DNA from: Azolla caroliniana
Lineage: Eukaryota > Plantae > Polypodiophyta
Assembly: GCA_043228905.1 (NCBI GenBank)
Contig: JBHGNT010000015.1
Span: forward strand, 10,354,001 to 10,418,000
DNA length: 64,000 bases
Reading direction: 5' to 3'
Part shown: piece by piece, positions 61,742-64,000 of the stretch
Layout of the letters: each line of letters begins with the position of its first letter
How positions within the stretch are numbered: position 1 is the first letter of the stretch
Notes under the pieces: generated by a model
Database searches by the model: none
What the model saw: the letters and a program-made list of their open reading frames with translations, nothing else
Told to the model about the DNA's origin: nothing
Translations under genes and position numbers: made by a program

Positions 61742-62379
61742 TGACAGGAGCTGCACACTCCCTACACGCAACGCTCGGCCACAACCAAGCTTAGAATCAT
61801 ACACAGAAAACGGGAAATAGATGTTCGACACAGAAAAGAGAAGAGTACACAGGATGTTTACGTGGAAAACCTAAACTAGGGAAAAAAACCACGGCAGCCC
61901 ACAGGCTGCAAACTATCACTATGTTAGAATGTACAACAGTGAGTTCACGGAGGCAACGACCTCGTGCTCACGATCTTCGCCACAAGCGGCGGTTACAATC
62001 AGAGGCAATGACCTCTTCCTCTCTCTCTCACTCTCTGTACACTGTTACGTACTCTGGTCTCGCATAGACAAGAATAACAACAACAGCTAAAAGTTTGCCC
62101 TAAGTCATATTTATACTAATATGACTTTTCGGCTATTTACAAATGTAGCCATGATGGACTCTCAGAAATGTATTTACGAATATGTCTCTTCATCCGGTTC
62201 TCACCAGGTCTGCACCATCCGGCTCTCCGTAGCCGAGTACTCCTCATCCGGTTCTCACCGGGTCTGTACCATCCGGCTCTCCGTAGCCGGGTACTCCTCA
62301 TCCGGTTTCGGCCTCGGCTGAGTTTGTTCATCGGCACTGTTCTTCTCCCTTCCCATCTGGAGGGACCTGTCTCCCAACA
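61742..62379 (-). mobile_element. Solo LTR related to the 1155-6815 copia family
   Basis: TG...CA; TSD GAAAC; shares CGTGGAAAACC, AACTATCACTAT, GTTTGCCCTAAGTCATATTTATAC and TCATCCGG repeats with the LTR at 6123-6815; splits host integrase KKLET|TLSMSS. Confidence 0.93.
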
Positions 62380-62918
62380 GAAACTACATTGAGCATGAGC
62401 TCTGCAGATCATCCTTAGTATGATGGACAAAGTGAACGCGTTAATCAAATTATTGAGAACATGCTTCAAGCTTATGTAGCAAAAACCCCTTGTAAGTGGG
62501 AGCAATACTGTCCTACCTTAGAACTTGCCTATAATAGCTCTAAACATACATCCACTGAATATAGTCCTTTTATGTTGATGTATGGTTTTCAGCCACGTAC
62601 CCTAGTTGATGTCACAATCCATTGTGATACATTAGAGAGTACATGCAATTTTTAGCAAGACATGAACCAAATGGTGCATATTGCCAAAGAAAATGTGAAG
62701 ACAACTCAAGATCATGCTCGATTTTATGTTGATCAAGAAAGACGTCCTCATGCATTTACTATTGGTCAACAAGTTTTTTTGCGTGTCACTACTAATTCTA
62801 CGTCAGTGTTTACGAGCAAGCGCACTAAGTTAGACCCATCATATTGTGGCCCATTTGAAATCCTTAAGCAAGTTGGGTCATCTGCTTATCACCTTGCCTT
62901 ACCCCATAACATTGGTAT

Positions 62919-64000
62919 TGTTGAAAATCGAACTCAACTTACCATAGAGACAGTGTTCACACTAGGCAGTGGACATCATACTAGGCTAGATTTGTAATTA
63001 GTAGAAAGGGCACTTGCCCTAGATGAGTTGGTTTTTAAAGCAACCTCTTGTAACCTAGTTACTTTGGGACGTAATATACAGTTTCTCTTCTAGAGCTCTC
63101 TCCCTCTCTCTCTATCATTCTCTTTCTTGTCTCACGTGTGTTGTGCTTAAGCTCGCAAAGAACTGACTGATCATTGTAGCAACGATTTTTGCACACCTCA
63201 CATCAAGAGTAAAAGAAGTTCAACAATGAACACCCTGAAGGGGAGCACTCTTCCCACCGAGAAGCTCGAAAAAACAAACTTCGCATCTTGGGAGTACAAG
63301 ATGCATCAATACCTTGTTGGACAAGGTTACTGGTGCTACATTGAGGGAGCTCATGAAACGCAACCCAACCCGACACACGTCGACTACCTAGCATGGGAGT
63401 AGGCTACGAGCCGTGTGTTGTATTGTGTTGTGTCATGCCATGCATTCATGACCACATGCTCGACTATATTCGAGATTCGAAAATGCCGAAAGAAGCTTGG
63501 GGAAATCTCAAGAAGATTTTTGTAGCCAATACGGCTGCATGAAAGCTCCAACTTCGACAAGAGCTAAACAACGTGCAATAGAGGGACATGTCAATAACCG
63601 GCTATACCTTGAAGATCAAGGAGTTGTGCGATACCCTCTATTCGATTAATGTCGTCATCAATAATGATGAAATGGTGCAAATATGCCTCGGCAGCTTGGC
63701 ACCTAGATTTGGCACGATCAGATCGGCCATTCTTGGGAGGGAGAACCCTCTCTCCTTTTTTGACTTTCAATCGATTCTGTTGGCTGAAGAAAATCATGTT
63801 CGACAAAGGAACAATGCACCTAATGGTCAGATGATCTACTCACAATCGGATGATAGAAGAGGATTCGACCGTGGAAATAGAGGTCGGTTCGGACGAGGCC
63901 GACACGGTTTGCCGACCCAAGAGTGTAACTGCCACCAATAGCAAGAGGACAGAAACAGTCCCAGAGAGTTCGGCAGAAGGGGGAGCCACCCCGCCGGACC
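62919..64000 (+). mobile_element. 5' end of a degenerate Ty1/copia (LTR ~62919-63202; gag from 63226)
   Basis: TGTTG...CTCACA; gag EKLEKTNFASWEYKMHQYLVGQGYW, KLQLRQELN, YTLKIKELCD, homologous to the gag of 55009-60430; stops present. Confidence 0.85.

Larger units (their letters stand above)
52171..62918 (+). mobile_element. Degenerate Ty3/gypsy element (chromovirus-like) interrupted by a copia, a solo LTR and another copia
   Basis: gag with degenerate zinc knuckle (CKKRSHTKDTC, ~53837-53870); protease FLFDSGSSHNF; [36 protein letters not shown]; RNase H DASGYAIG, QEKEL; integrase CFQC, WESISMDFI, GQSERVNQ, YCGPF. 5' boundary (TGTTAG at 52171) tentative. Confidence 0.85.

Overview
Land-plant nuclear DNA; the TE spectrum suggests a seed-free plant such as a fern, but that is inference. 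Most of the window is nested transposable elements: five Ty1/copia elements (one intact and young, 1155-6815), two Ty3/gypsy elements, several solo or partial LTRs, four L1-type LINEs, and an unclassified TIR element with a 6-bp TSD carrying spliced FPGS gene fragments. Only two host-type genes are seen, arranged tail-to-tail. The first is an uninterrupted 5.06-kb ORF (32864-37927) encoding an unusual chimera: transit-peptide-like N-terminus, FYR-N/FYR-C domain, acidic/disordered linker, one PPR-like motif, an ISE2/HelY-type Ski2-family helicase with degenerate catalytic motifs (DKFH instead of DExH), and a DSHCT-like domain. The second is a secreted dirigent-family protein (39819-40376, minus). 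Other highlights are tRNA-like A/B-box units built into gypsy LTRs, repeated ACGG 4-bp target sites for that LTR group, and a conserved C-terminal Pol extension in one copia family. All family assignments were made by eye from motifs; no searches were run.
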